From Alphaproteobacteria bacterium (GTDB lineage Bacteria; Pseudomonadota; Alphaproteobacteria; UBA2966): DNA of 64,000 bases. The stretch spans positions 1,696,001-1,760,000 of the forward strand of contig OZ219856.1 of NCBI GenBank assembly GCA_964291395.2. The letters run 5' to 3'. The notes beneath the pieces were generated by a model. The model had not been told where the DNA came from and did no database searches. It saw only the letters and a program-made list of their open reading frames with translations. Shown here piece after piece: positions 34,138 through 46,505 of this stretch. The stretch's first letter is position 1. Every line of letters starts with the position of its first letter. Position numbers and translations under genes: made by a program.

Positions 34138-35802
34138 ATGAACACCACGAGCGGCGGCTCGATCTTCCTGAGCGTCCTGAAGGACGAAGGCGTCACTCAC
34201 CTGTTCGGTAATCCGGGCACGACCGAACTGCCGGTGATGCACGCACTCGCCGAGCACCCCGATCTCGACTACGTGCTCGGACTCCAGGAGTCCATCGTCG
34301 TGGCGATGGCCGACGGGTTCGCCCGCGCCTCGGGCAGGCTCGCAGCCTGCAACGTGCATGTCGCACCCGGCCTGGGGAACGCCATGGGCTCCATCTTCAA
34401 CGCAAACTGGAGCCGCTCGCCCATCATCGTCAGTGCCGGACAGCAGGAACAGGGGCACGGCCTCATGGAACCGATGCTCTATGGCGAGCTGGTGCCGATG
34501 GCCGCGCCGTGCGTCAAGTGGGCCTTCGAGGTTACCCGGCCGGAAGATCTGCCGCGGGTGGTTCGAAGAGCCGCCAAGGTCGCCATGACCCCGCCGACGG
34601 GTCCGGTGTTCCTGTCCCTGCCCGGCGATGTGCTCAACGCCCAGATTGCCGCCGAACTGGGGCATCGGACGCGTGTGGACACACGGACCATCCCGACCCC
34701 GGAGGTGATCACGGCGCTCGCCGGTCGCCTGCTGGCGGCGGAACGTCCGCTGCTGGTCTGCGGCCAGGAGGTCGCCGATTCCGACGCCCTGCAAGAGGCT
34801 GCCCGCCTCGCGGAACTGATCGGCGCCGCGGCCATGCAGCAGTCCGTGCCGTCGGGGGCGCAATACCTCTCCGAGCATCCGACCTTCATCGGTGGACTGA
34901 CCCGCGTGCAGCAGCAGGTACGGGACGTCCTGTCCAACTACGATCTGGTGGTGGCGCTGGGGGGCGACGTCTTCCGCATGTCGGTCTACGCGCCGATCGA
35001 CGCCGTGCCCGAGAACGCGCGGATCCTGCATATCGGCCAACAGGACTGGGAGATGGGCAAGAACTATCCCACGGCGATGGCCGTGCGGGCCGATATGAAG
35101 GAAACGCTTTCGGCGCTGGCGAGTCACATCGAGTCGGTCCGCACCGAGGCACAGGCGACCACGGCCGAGTCGCGGCTCGCCGCCATCGCCGAGCGGAATT
35201 GGAACGTCCAGCGGGCAAAGGTACGCGAGGAAATTCTCGGGCGCGAAAACGGCGAGGCCATCGATCCCGGGCGCGCCATGGTGGAGATCGTCGACGCATT
35301 GCCGCCAGAGTCCATCGTCGTCGACGAAGGCGTGCTGAGCACGCGGCAGCTCCCGCGACTACTGCCGTTCAGGGGCAGCAACGACTTCTACGGCCTCGAC
35401 AGCGGCGGCATCGGCTTCGCGATCGCCGGTGCCATCGGCGTCTCCCTCGCCCATCCGACCCGCCCGGTGACCGCCATCATCGGCGACGGCAGCGCCATGT
35501 ACGGCATACAGGCGCTGTGGACCGCCGCCAAGCAGTCGCTGCCCCTGACATACGTGATCTGCAACAATTCGAGCTATCGCATCCTCAAGGAGCGCCTGAA
35601 GGCTTTCCACGACAACGACAACTTCATCGGCATGGACATGCGCGACCCGGCCATCGACTTCACGGGAATGGCGCGCTCCATGGGCCTGTGGGCGGAACGC
35701 GTGGAGAAGGTCGAGGATCTGGGCGACGTGTTGCGCGCGGCCTACGAGCGGGAAGGCCCCAAGCTCGTCGACGTCAAGATCGCCGACGGGTTCGGGGACT
35801 GA
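34138..35802 (+). CDS. Thiamine-diphosphate enzyme, benzoylformate decarboxylase-like
   Basis: FGNPGTTE, LQESIVVAMADG, GLGNAMG, GPVFLSLP, GDGSAMY..NNSSY TPP motif. Confidence 0.9.
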   Translation: MNTTSGGSIFLSVLKDEGVTHLFGNPGTTELPVMHALAEHPDLDYVLGLQESIVVAMADGFARASGRLAACNVHVAPGLGNAMGSIFNANWSRSPIIVSAGQQEQGHGLMEPMLYGELVPMAAPCVKWAFEVTRPEDLPRVVRRAAKVAMTPPTGPVFLSLPGDVLNAQIAAELGHRTRVDTRTIPTPEVITALAGRLLAAERPLLVCGQEVADSDALQEAARLAELIGAAAMQQSVPSGAQYLSEHPTFIGGLTRVQQQVRDVLSNYDLVVALGGDVFRMSVYAPIDAVPENARILHIGQQDWEMGKNYPTAMAVRADMKETLSALASHIESVRTEAQATTAESRLAAIAERNWNVQRAKVREEILGRENGEAIDPGRAMVEIVDALPPESIVVDEGVLSTRQLPRLLPFRGSNDFYGLDSGGIGFAIAGAIGVSLAHPTRPVTAIIGDGSAMYGIQALWTAAKQSLPLTYVICNNSSYRILKERLKAFHDNDNFIGMDMRDPAIDFTGMARSMGLWAERVEKVEDLGDVLRAAYEREGPKLVDVKIADGFGD

Positions 35803-35811
35803 AACCAGACT

Positions 35812-36282
35812 TTAGAACGGGATCTCGTCGTCGATGTCGGCGCCCGCAACAGGCTCGCGTGCCGCGGACGGTTCATCCATCGGGGCGCCATAATCCGGTT
35901 CGCCAAAGTCTCGTCCCCCACCCATGTCACCCCGCGAATCGAGCATGGTCAGCTCTCCCCGGTAGGGCCGCAGCACGACCTCGGTGGTGTAGCGGTCCTG
36001 TCCGTCCTGACCCGTCCACTTGCGGGTCTGCAACTGACCCTCAAGGTACACCTTGGATCCCTTGCGCAGGTACTGCTTGGCCACGTCCCCGAGTTGCTGG
36101 CTGAAGATCACCACCCGGTGCCATTCGGTACGCTCCCGGCGTTCGCCGGACTGACGGTCGCGCCAAGTCTCGTTGGTCGCCACCGAGAGATGCACGATCT
36201 GGTCGCCCGATTGCGTGCTCCGTACCTCGGGGTCGCGCCCGAGATTGCCGATGAGTTGTACCTTGTTGAGGCTGCCTGCCAT
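35812..36282 (-). CDS. ssb: Single-stranded DNA-binding protein
   Basis: MAGSLNKVQLIGNLGRDPE, TEWHRVV, EGQLQTRKW, C-terminal DDEIPF. Confidence 0.98.
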   Translation of the reverse strand: MAGSLNKVQLIGNLGRDPEVRSTQSGDQIVHLSVATNETWRDRQSGERRERTEWHRVVIFSQQLGDVAKQYLRKGSKVYLEGQLQTRKWTGQDGQDRYTTEVVLRPYRGELTMLDSRGDMGGGRDFGEPDYGAPMDEPSAAREPVAGADIDDEIPF

Positions 36283-36475
36283 GTTCATCTCCCCCAAAAA
36301 CCAGGAACAGCACCAGAGGCGCCCGGCGACGACACTGCGCTCCACTATACGCGGAGGCCGCCCGTCATGGCCACACGAACGGACGGCGCGCGTGGCCGTT
36401 CGCCGCCAGTCCGTCCGACTATGGAAGGACCAGGAAGAGTTTGTCCGGCCGCGCCGCCAACACGACACCGACCCT

Positions 36476-37909
36476 CTAAATTGGCTCTCCCACGCGCGGG
36501 TCGAGCGGCACGCGGTCCTTCAGGCCGGTGAGCGCCTCGAACACGGCCGCCGCCGACAGAAGCTCCGCCTCGCGCCCCATCGGAGCCACCATCTGAAGTC
36601 CAACCGGGCGCCCGTCGTCGGTGAACCCGGTGGGGACCGACATCGCGGGACAGGCGGTGAGCGTGATGGCGAAGGCCATGACCAGCCACCCGAAATAGTG
36701 CTCGAACTTCACGCCCTCGACCTCTTCGAGGTAGCGCCGGCGGTGATCGAACGGTGGCGCCACCACGGCGGGACAGAGCAGCAGGTCATAGGTTTCGAAG
36801 AATACCGCGGCGCGGTGGTAGAGCTCACCCCGGGCCCGTTCCGCCCGCGTGATCTTCTCGGCGTCGATCCTCAGTCCCTCCTCGATGTTCCAGACAAGCT
36901 CTCGCTTGAACGTGTCGCGGTGCTGCTCGAGAAAGTGCGCCCGGTCGGCCGAGAAATAGACGGCGCGAATCACCTCGAAGATTTCCACCGCGTCGTGAAA
37001 GTCGATGCACGCCTCCTCCACCACGGTGCCGACCTCCACGAAGCGCCGCGCCCCTTCGGCACATAGCCGCCGCACCTCCGGGTCGACGGGCCCGAGGCCA
37101 AGATCGGGACTGAAAGCAACCCGCTTGGGCGGTACGAGTTCGGCGGCGGCCCTGCGATATGGAGTCGGCGGCGCGGGACGGGTGAGCGGGTCCCGATGAT
37201 CGAGACCAGCCATGGCATCGAGCATCAATGCCGCGTCTTCCACCGTCCGCGCCATCGGACCGTTCACGGCGAGCGTGTTGAAAGGAAGCCGGATGGGGCC
37301 GTGAGGCACCACCCCAGGCCCCGGCCTTATGCCGACGGTCGAGGTGAAGCTGGCGGGATTGCGGATCGAACCGCCATGGTCGCTGCCCGTAGCGAGCCAT
37401 ACTTGGCCCGCGGCCAGAGCAGCGGCGGACCCGCCGGAGGAGCCGCCCGGCGTGAGCGCCGTGTTCCACGGATTCGTCGTCGTGCCGAAGACCTCGTTGA
37501 AGGTCTGCGAGCCGGCTCCAAACTCGGGCGTGTTCGACTTGGCCGCGACCAAGGCGCCGTTGGCCTCGAGACGCTCCACCATGTAATCCGACCGCTCCGG
37601 CACGTGATCGGCGAAGGCCAAGGAACCGTAGGTCGTGCGCACGCCGGCGACGTCGCTGAGATCCTTGACGGCGATGGGCAGCCCGTGGAGGTAGTCCGGC
37701 CTGTCGACATCTCGCGACCCCTTGGCGAGACGGTCGGCGTGCGCCCGGGCACGATCGAAACAGAGGGTCGGCAACGCGTTGAGCACGCCGTCCGTATCGG
37801 CGGTCCGCGCCTCGGCGGCATCGAGCAGATCGAAGGGGCTCACCTCACCGCGCGCCAGAAGGTCCACCGCCTCGCAGGCGGTGAGGCGGATAAAGTCTTC
37901 GTCGTTCAT
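36476..37909 (-). CDS. Amidase signature family protein
   Basis: GLPIAVKD, KSNTPEFG, GGSSGGS, GSDHGGSIRNPA. Confidence 0.93.
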   Translation of the reverse strand: MNDEDFIRLTACEAVDLLARGEVSPFDLLDAAEARTADTDGVLNALPTLCFDRARAHADRLAKGSRDVDRPDYLHGLPIAVKDLSDVAGVRTTYGSLAFADHVPERSDYMVERLEANGALVAAKSNTPEFGAGSQTFNEVFGTTTNPWNTALTPGGSSGGSAAALAAGQVWLATGSDHGGSIRNPASFTSTVGIRPGPGVVPHGPIRLPFNTLAVNGPMARTVEDAALMLDAMAGLDHRDPLTRPAPPTPYRRAAAELVPPKRVAFSPDLGLGPVDPEVRRLCAEGARRFVEVGTVVEEACIDFHDAVEIFEVIRAVYFSADRAHFLEQHRDTFKRELVWNIEEGLRIDAEKITRAERARGELYHRAAVFFETYDLLLCPAVVAPPFDHRRRYLEEVEGVKFEHYFGWLVMAFAITLTACPAMSVPTGFTDDGRPVGLQMVAPMGREAELLSAAAVFEALTGLKDRVPLDPRVGEPI

Positions 37910-38122
37910 GCAGGGAACTTTAATGCGTAGCGGCGGAACTACAAAGGTAAACGGCCGCGGGAACCGAGAGGTTGGCGGCAATAGGAGAACCCCCTTTTAC
38001 CAAGGAGCCCGCGCCGATTGCATGAAAACATCGGGACGCGCGGGCAGGTTCGCGATTCGGAGTCGCATCCCGCCACCGCCATCCCATATGATGCCCATGA
38101 CCGATTCGGCGTTCCCCCGTTC

Positions 38123-41053
<2,931 letters not shown>

Positions 41054-41178
41054 ATGGCGCACCCTCCGGCCGCCGGTCCGCGATCTTCCGCCGGCGGAGC
41101 GTCACGCATGGCAAGAACGGTTCTTTCGCGGTAGTCTGGTGCCACTCGCGGACGACGGGTTCGCGTATCCACGTAGCT

Positions 41179-42126
41179 ATGGCGGACGGGTGGGTTGCGA
41201 TGGAGACGCCATCGGGCAAATCGGCGGCGGACGAGAACTTTCCAGTGGGCTCGTGGCTGTTGCCGGCAAGCCTGCGGCCGCATATCGCGGCGTTCTATGC
41301 TTATGCACGGGCGATCGACGATATCGCCGACAACCCCGACCTGCAGCCGGCCGACAAGATCGCGCGCCTGGACGGTTTCGCCAGGGCCGTGCGCGGCATC
41401 GAGGTTACCGATCCGGCGTTCCGCAAGGCGCACGACATCCGCCGCAGCCTGGCCGGGACACGCGTGACCCATCGGCATTGCCTGGATCTGATTCGCGCGT
41501 TCAAGCAGGACGCGACGAAGCTGCGCTATGACGACTGGGACGACCTGATCGGCTATTGCGATCTCTCGGCGGCCCCCGTGGGCCGCTACCTGGTCGACCT
41601 GCACGGCGAGCCGGCTACCGCATACCCGGCAGCCGATGCCCTGTGCAACGCGCTGCAGGTGCTGAACCATCTGCAGGATTGCGGCGACGACTACCGGGCG
41701 TTGAACCGGGTCTACCTGCCGCAGGAATGGATGGCCGAGGCCGGCGTCGGTGCCGAGGCGCTGGGCGACGGCCGGTCGACAGCACGGCTGCGGCGGGTGC
41801 TCGACCGGTGCCTGGAGGCGATCGATGGCCTGCTGGCGCTGGCCGACCATCTGCCGGGCCAACTCGGCAACGTCCGATTCGCCATGGAAGCGGCGGCGAT
41901 CGTCGCCATCGCCAGGAAACTCGGCATCGAGTTGCGCCGACGCGACCCTCTGGCGGAACGAGTGGCGCTGACCAAGACTCAGTACGTGACATGCTGCGCG
42001 CGCGGGGTCGGCCATGTCCTGTTTCAAAGGGTCTTGCGCGGGGCCGCGCGGTGGCGGCGCTTCGTTCTTGCCCCGGTTACCGGTCGTCGAGCGCCGCCAG
42101 CCGCGCGACCGCCCGCCGGTGAATGA
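41179..42126 (+). CDS. hpnC: Hydroxysqualene synthase HpnC
   Basis: SGKSAADENFPVGS, RAIDDIAD, AFKQD, SAAPVGRY, LQVLNHLQD, RVYLP. Confidence 0.9.
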   Translation: MADGWVAMETPSGKSAADENFPVGSWLLPASLRPHIAAFYAYARAIDDIADNPDLQPADKIARLDGFARAVRGIEVTDPAFRKAHDIRRSLAGTRVTHRHCLDLIRAFKQDATKLRYDDWDDLIGYCDLSAAPVGRYLVDLHGEPATAYPAADALCNALQVLNHLQDCGDDYRALNRVYLPQEWMAEAGVGAEALGDGRSTARLRRVLDRCLEAIDGLLALADHLPGQLGNVRFAMEAAAIVAIARKLGIELRRRDPLAERVALTKTQYVTCCARGVGHVLFQRVLRGAARWRRFVLAPVTGRRAPPAARPPAGE

Positions 42127-42874
42127 TGCGGTCGTAAGCACTCTTCGACGGCAGCGCGGTCGCCCTTGCCAGCAGGCCACGCGCCCGGTCACGATTCCCC
42201 TCGCCGTCCAGCAACAACAGACCGAGCGCGTATTCAAAGAGCACCGCCTTACTGTCGGGCGCCAGCGCGAGGGCCCTATCGTAGTGCGCCACGGCATCCT
42301 TTCCGCTGGCCCCGTACAGCAGGCCTGCCATGAACCCCCCGGCGTTGACGGCCTCGGCATGCCAGGCGGCCATGCTCAGATGTGCGTTCGGCATGTCCGG
42401 ATCCAGCGCAAGCGCTTGTTTTATCGCGTCACGAACCTTTCGCACGTGACCTTGCTCCACCACTTCCAGGACTCCGACCGTCTGCGCGTATCGGCCCATG
42501 GCATGAGCCCATTGCAAATGACCCTCTGGATTGCCCGCATCCAGGCGGATCGCCTCTTCCGCCAACGCCGCAGCGCGATCGAACCAAGCCTGTTTCTCGC
42601 TCTCTTCGGCCAAGTAGTAGCCGTGAATCGCCAACGCTTCGGCCGCCAACGCATCTCCTTCGGAGGTTTCGAGGCTTTCGGCCAGTTCGGCTGCCTCGAT
42701 GAAACGTCCCTCGGTGAACGCGGCACGCGCCGCTTCGACCGTCTGGGCGCCCGCCGTGCCCGCCGATGCGAATACGTGCACCACGGTCAGGCAGATCAGC
42801 AATGCGGCCTTGGGTCCGCGACACGTCCGCGAACCGGTGGGTCGAGTCGGCACGCCGCCGTACCGCCGCACCAT
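42077..42874 (-). CDS. Exported all-helical TPR-like protein
   Basis: Signal-like ALLICLTVVHVFASAGTAGA; repeats AEEAIRLDAGNPE, KQALALDPDMPNA, DRALALAPDS; directly follows hpnE; start uncertain. Confidence 0.7.
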   Translation of the reverse strand: MVRRYGGVPTRPTGSRTCRGPKAALLICLTVVHVFASAGTAGAQTVEAARAAFTEGRFIEAAELAESLETSEGDALAAEALAIHGYYLAEESEKQAWFDRAAALAEEAIRLDAGNPEGHLQWAHAMGRYAQTVGVLEVVEQGHVRKVRDAIKQALALDPDMPNAHLSMAAWHAEAVNAGGFMAGLLYGASGKDAVAHYDRALALAPDSKAVLFEYALGLLLLDGEGNRDRARGLLARATALPSKSAYDRIIHRRAVARLAALDDR

Positions 42875-42879
42875 CCCGC

Positions 42880-44154
42880 CTATTCCCCGGTCCCGATTCG
42901 CCCGTCACCGGCGACGGCGTGCGCCACCATGTGAGCAGACCGAACTGCGCTTTCGATCGTCGCGGGCAGACCCGTATCGATCCAATCGCCAGCAAGATAC
43001 AGGTTGGTAAACTTGGTCCGGGTACCGTGTCGGCGTCGCGCGCCCTCGGGCGTTTGCGCGAAGGTAGCATGCCTTTCCTTGATGACACGACACACCGGCA
43101 CCGTGTCCCGCCCGAAACCAAGGGCCGTGGCGACATCGGCCCAAGCTTTGCGGGCGATCACGTCGGCCGGTTCCGTTGCCAGCGAGTCGGCTGCGCTGAC
43201 CGTTATCGATACCACGTCGCCGCGCGCGAAGAGCCACTGCGCCGTCCCCCCGATCAGCCCTAGAAGCGGCAGGTCCGCCGCCAAGCCGGCGGGTTCGGGC
43301 AAACGGAAATGGGCGTTGACGATGGCATGGCTCTGTTCCGGCACGCTCAGCCCCGGCACCAGGCCGGCGGTGGCCAACGGCGGCAACGCCAGCACCACAC
43401 TGTCACCGCCGCGCAACACGACCGTTTCCGCGCCGAAGCGCAGACGGCTCGCCGCGCCGCCGGCGTAGGCGATCCGGCGCAGCCGGTGCCCGAACCGAAC
43501 GGCGGCGCCGCGCCGGTGCAGGAAGTCCAAGGCCGGGTTCACGAAGGTCTCGGAAAGCCCGTTCCTGACGATCCGTGGCCGGCAGGCGGCCTCTCCCCGG
43601 GCGAAGGTATCCCGCAACACGGGCCACAACAGACGTGCCGCGCCGGCCCGCGCCGGGGTATTCAACGCCGCGACGGCAAGCGGCTCCCAAAACCTCTCGA
43701 ACAGGACACCGCCGTCGCCGACGCAATCGGCTACGGTCCGATCCGCCCCGGCAACGGCGAACCGCAGCGCCGACAGATAGTCCCAGCCGCTGGTGCCAGG
43801 CACTCGCCGGTCGGCATGAAGCGTCCACCAGGGCAGTCTGCCGGCGTTGGGTCGTAAGCACCATCGCCGGCCGGTCCGAAGGTCGAGGAACGGAAAACGG
43901 GCCGAGGCGGGGCCGATCAGTGCGTCGCCGGCACCGATGTCGTCCAGATAGCGCATCGCGGCGGCGTTGCCGCTCAACAGCAGGTGGTTGCCGTTGTCGA
44001 TCGCGCGACCGAGCTTGGCGTCGCGGTAGGAACGACAGCGGCCACCGGCCTGACCGCTGGCTTCGTAAAGCGTGACGGCGCGCCCTTCCCGCGCCAGCGA
44101 CACCGCGGTCGCGAGACCCGCGACGCCGGCACCGATGATGTGGGTCCGGGACAC
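42880..44154 (-). CDS. hpnE: Hydroxysqualene dehydroxylase HpnE
   Basis: IIGAGVAGL, AGGRCRS, IDNGNHLLL, AIVNAHF, LAGDWIDTGLPATIESAVRS. Confidence 0.92.
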   Translation of the reverse strand: MSRTHIIGAGVAGLATAVSLAREGRAVTLYEASGQAGGRCRSYRDAKLGRAIDNGNHLLLSGNAAAMRYLDDIGAGDALIGPASARFPFLDLRTGRRWCLRPNAGRLPWWTLHADRRVPGTSGWDYLSALRFAVAGADRTVADCVGDGGVLFERFWEPLAVAALNTPARAGAARLLWPVLRDTFARGEAACRPRIVRNGLSETFVNPALDFLHRRGAAVRFGHRLRRIAYAGGAASRLRFGAETVVLRGGDSVVLALPPLATAGLVPGLSVPEQSHAIVNAHFRLPEPAGLAADLPLLGLIGGTAQWLFARGDVVSITVSAADSLATEPADVIARKAWADVATALGFGRDTVPVCRVIKERHATFAQTPEGARRRHGTRTKFTNLYLAGDWIDTGLPATIESAVRSAHMVAHAVAGDGRIGTGE

Positions 44155-44166
44155 GAACGGGCGCCG

Positions 44167-45054
44167 TCAGAAGAACCCGTGCCGCAGGGCGAGCCACATC
44201 TTGCGGGCGGGGGTCAGCCGGATCGGGTCATGGAGTCCCCCCCAGCCACGTTCTTCCAGCCGGTCGAGCAGTTCTCGATAGATCGCCATCATGATGACAG
44301 CGGGCCGGATCCTGCGCGGACCGAGTTCCGTGATCAGGCTGTCGGCCTCGGCGTAATAGCCGCGCGCATGTCCGGCCAGTTCTCCGCAGGCCCCGGCAAA
44401 GCCCGGATGAACCAGGATCGCGCTCAATGAATCACCGACGACGCCATGCCTGCCGAGCAGTTCCAGAGGCACGTACAGGCGTTGCAGTCCCGCGTCTTCC
44501 TTCACGTCGCGCAGGATATTGGTCAGTTGCAACGCGTTACCGAGCGTCCTGGCGATATCAGGTCCGGGAGACGCAGGCACGCCGAAGGCATGAACCGACA
44601 GCATGCCAACGGCGCCGGCGACCTTGCGGCAATAATCCAACAAATCATCCAGCGTCTGCATTCGCACGGTCGGCGCCGCGTCGATTTCCATGCCGTCGAT
44701 CACGGCGAGGAATTCCCGCTGCGGCAGATTGAAACGCCGTACCGGTTGCAGCAGCGCTCTCGTGGTCGGCCATGTCGACCGTCCGGCATAGAGGCGGGCG
44801 ATTTCCCTGCGCCAGGCGGCCAATGCCCGCTTCTTGTCGGCGATCTCGCCCGGCTGGTCGGCGATGTCGTCGACCTCGCGACAAAACGCATAGATCGCGT
44901 ACATGGCGCGCCGCCGCTCCGCCGGCAGCACCCGCATGCCCCAGAGGAACGACGTGCCCGACCGCGCGATGACACGATTGACATGAGCCCACGGCTCGAT
45001 CCGTCCATAGGGCGGGATGTCTCGAGTGGCCGGGGAACGATGCGGCGGACTCAC
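44167..45054 (-). CDS. hpnD: Presqualene diphosphate synthase HpnD
   Basis: SGTSFLWGM, AFCREVDDIAD, IDGMEID, VAGAVG, LQLTNILRDVKED, RLYVP. Confidence 0.9.
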   Translation of the reverse strand: MSPPHRSPATRDIPPYGRIEPWAHVNRVIARSGTSFLWGMRVLPAERRRAMYAIYAFCREVDDIADQPGEIADKKRALAAWRREIARLYAGRSTWPTTRALLQPVRRFNLPQREFLAVIDGMEIDAAPTVRMQTLDDLLDYCRKVAGAVGMLSVHAFGVPASPGPDIARTLGNALQLTNILRDVKEDAGLQRLYVPLELLGRHGVVGDSLSAILVHPGFAGACGELAGHARGYYAEADSLITELGPRRIRPAVIMMAIYRELLDRLEERGWGGLHDPIRLTPARKMWLALRHGFF

Positions 45055-45296
45055 ACTACCGGGCTCCTCACCTTTCTCAAGTGTGAGGACCGATCAGGTT
45101 CATGTCAATCCGACCGACAAGGGCCGCTCGACCACGGGTTGCCGCATCCGGCAGCGACCAGACCGGACGCCGTCGAAATTCAGAGCCACCTCGAATGGCG
45201 AAATCATGCTATGAAGTGGACGGCCCATACGGCGCTCGGACCTGACAGCTGCCGAGGAGCGAGCGGCCGCACCGTGCCGCGGGGATGGAGTTTTCA

Positions 45297-46250
45297 ATGA
45301 CGAAGCGAGCCTTGCACGTGATCCTAGCGCAGCCCAGGGGGTTCTGTGCCGGCGTCATTCGGGCCGTCGACATCGTCGAGCACGCGTTGCGCATCCATGG
45401 CGCGCCAGTCTATGTGCGACACGAGATCGTCCACAACAAACACGTCGTCGACAGGTTGCGCGACATGGGTGCGTGCTTCGTCGAGGACATCGCGGACATC
45501 CCGCTTGGTGCCGTTGCCGTGTTCAGCGCTCACGGCGTGTCCCGCAAGGTCGAGGATGACGCGGGCGCCCGTGGCCTCCGCGTGATCGACGCCACCTGTC
45601 CGCTGGTCAGCAAGGTGCACAACCAGGCGAAACGCTACGCGCGGCGGGGCTACGAGGTCGTCCTTGTCGGACATCCCGGCCATCCGGAGGTCGAGGGAAC
45701 GATGGGACAGGTGCCGGGCAAGGTGCATTTGGTATCGAACCCGGCCGACGTGGCGGCGTTGACGCCGGCCGACCCGGCGCGGATCGCCTATGTGACGCAA
45801 ACCACGCTCAGTGTCGACGATACCCGCGAGGTCATCGCGGCGCTCGTGGCGCGCTTCCCGGAGATCCTAGGCCACGACGTAGAAGACATTTGCTATGCGA
45901 CGCAAAACCGTCAGACGGCGGTGCGGCTGCTGGCGGCCCGGTGCGATGTGATCCTGGTCATCGGTGCCGACTACAGCTCGAATTCGAACCGGCTGCGCGA
46001 GATCGGCGGGGAGACGGGAACCGCCAGCTACCTCATTCCGGATGCCGACGGTCTGGAGCCCGCCTGGCTGGACGGGGCGCGGACGGTGGGTATCACCGCC
46101 GGCGCCTCGGCGCCGGAAGAGCTGGTCAAGGGTCTGACCGACCGGTTGCGCGGCATGTTCGACGTGACGGTGACCGACCTCGACGGCATCGAAGAGAACG
46201 TCGTCTTCAACCTGCCGCGGGAGCTGACGGCGCGGCAACACCAAATCTAA
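45297..46250 (+). CDS. ispH: 4-hydroxy-3-methylbut-2-enyl diphosphate reductase
   Basis: [62 protein letters not shown]. Confidence 0.97.
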   Translation: MTKRALHVILAQPRGFCAGVIRAVDIVEHALRIHGAPVYVRHEIVHNKHVVDRLRDMGACFVEDIADIPLGAVAVFSAHGVSRKVEDDAGARGLRVIDATCPLVSKVHNQAKRYARRGYEVVLVGHPGHPEVEGTMGQVPGKVHLVSNPADVAALTPADPARIAYVTQTTLSVDDTREVIAALVARFPEILGHDVEDICYATQNRQTAVRLLAARCDVILVIGADYSSNSNRLREIGGETGTASYLIPDADGLEPAWLDGARTVGITAGASAPEELVKGLTDRLRGMFDVTVTDLDGIEENVVFNLPRELTARQHQI

Positions 46251-46379
46251 TTTCGATGACAGGTAGAATTGTCCGGTTTTCCTAGCGCATCGGTCGACCG
46301 TGTTTGGACGCCCCCGTTGATGCAGACACCTTCTTCGGACGATTTGTTGCAGGAGGTCAGGTGCTGTCATGTGTCCAGC

Positions 46380-46505
46380 CACGGCAAGAAGAGCCTTTTC
46401 ATGTTCGACCAGCCACGCGGTGTCGAAGGTACGGCTCTGCTGATCCAGGTACACAAGTAGGGCGCGGACGACCGATGGCTGTATCTGCCAGCGCCGAAAC
46501 GGGTG
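46380..46505 (+). pseudogene. Remnant of an outer-membrane lipoprotein-sorting (LolA-like) gene
   Basis: HGKKSLFMFDQPRGVEGTALLIQVHK*GADDRWLYLPAPKRV resembles the family motif K-S-L..F..P.DV.GT.LL....DDQWLYLPALKRV; in-frame TAG. Confidence 0.65.

Noticed and set aside
37910-38122. Alphaproteobacterial LexA box upstream of uvrA
   Set aside because: Only partial matches (GAAC-N7-GTAA, GTTC-N4-GTTC); no clean GTTC-N7-GTTC
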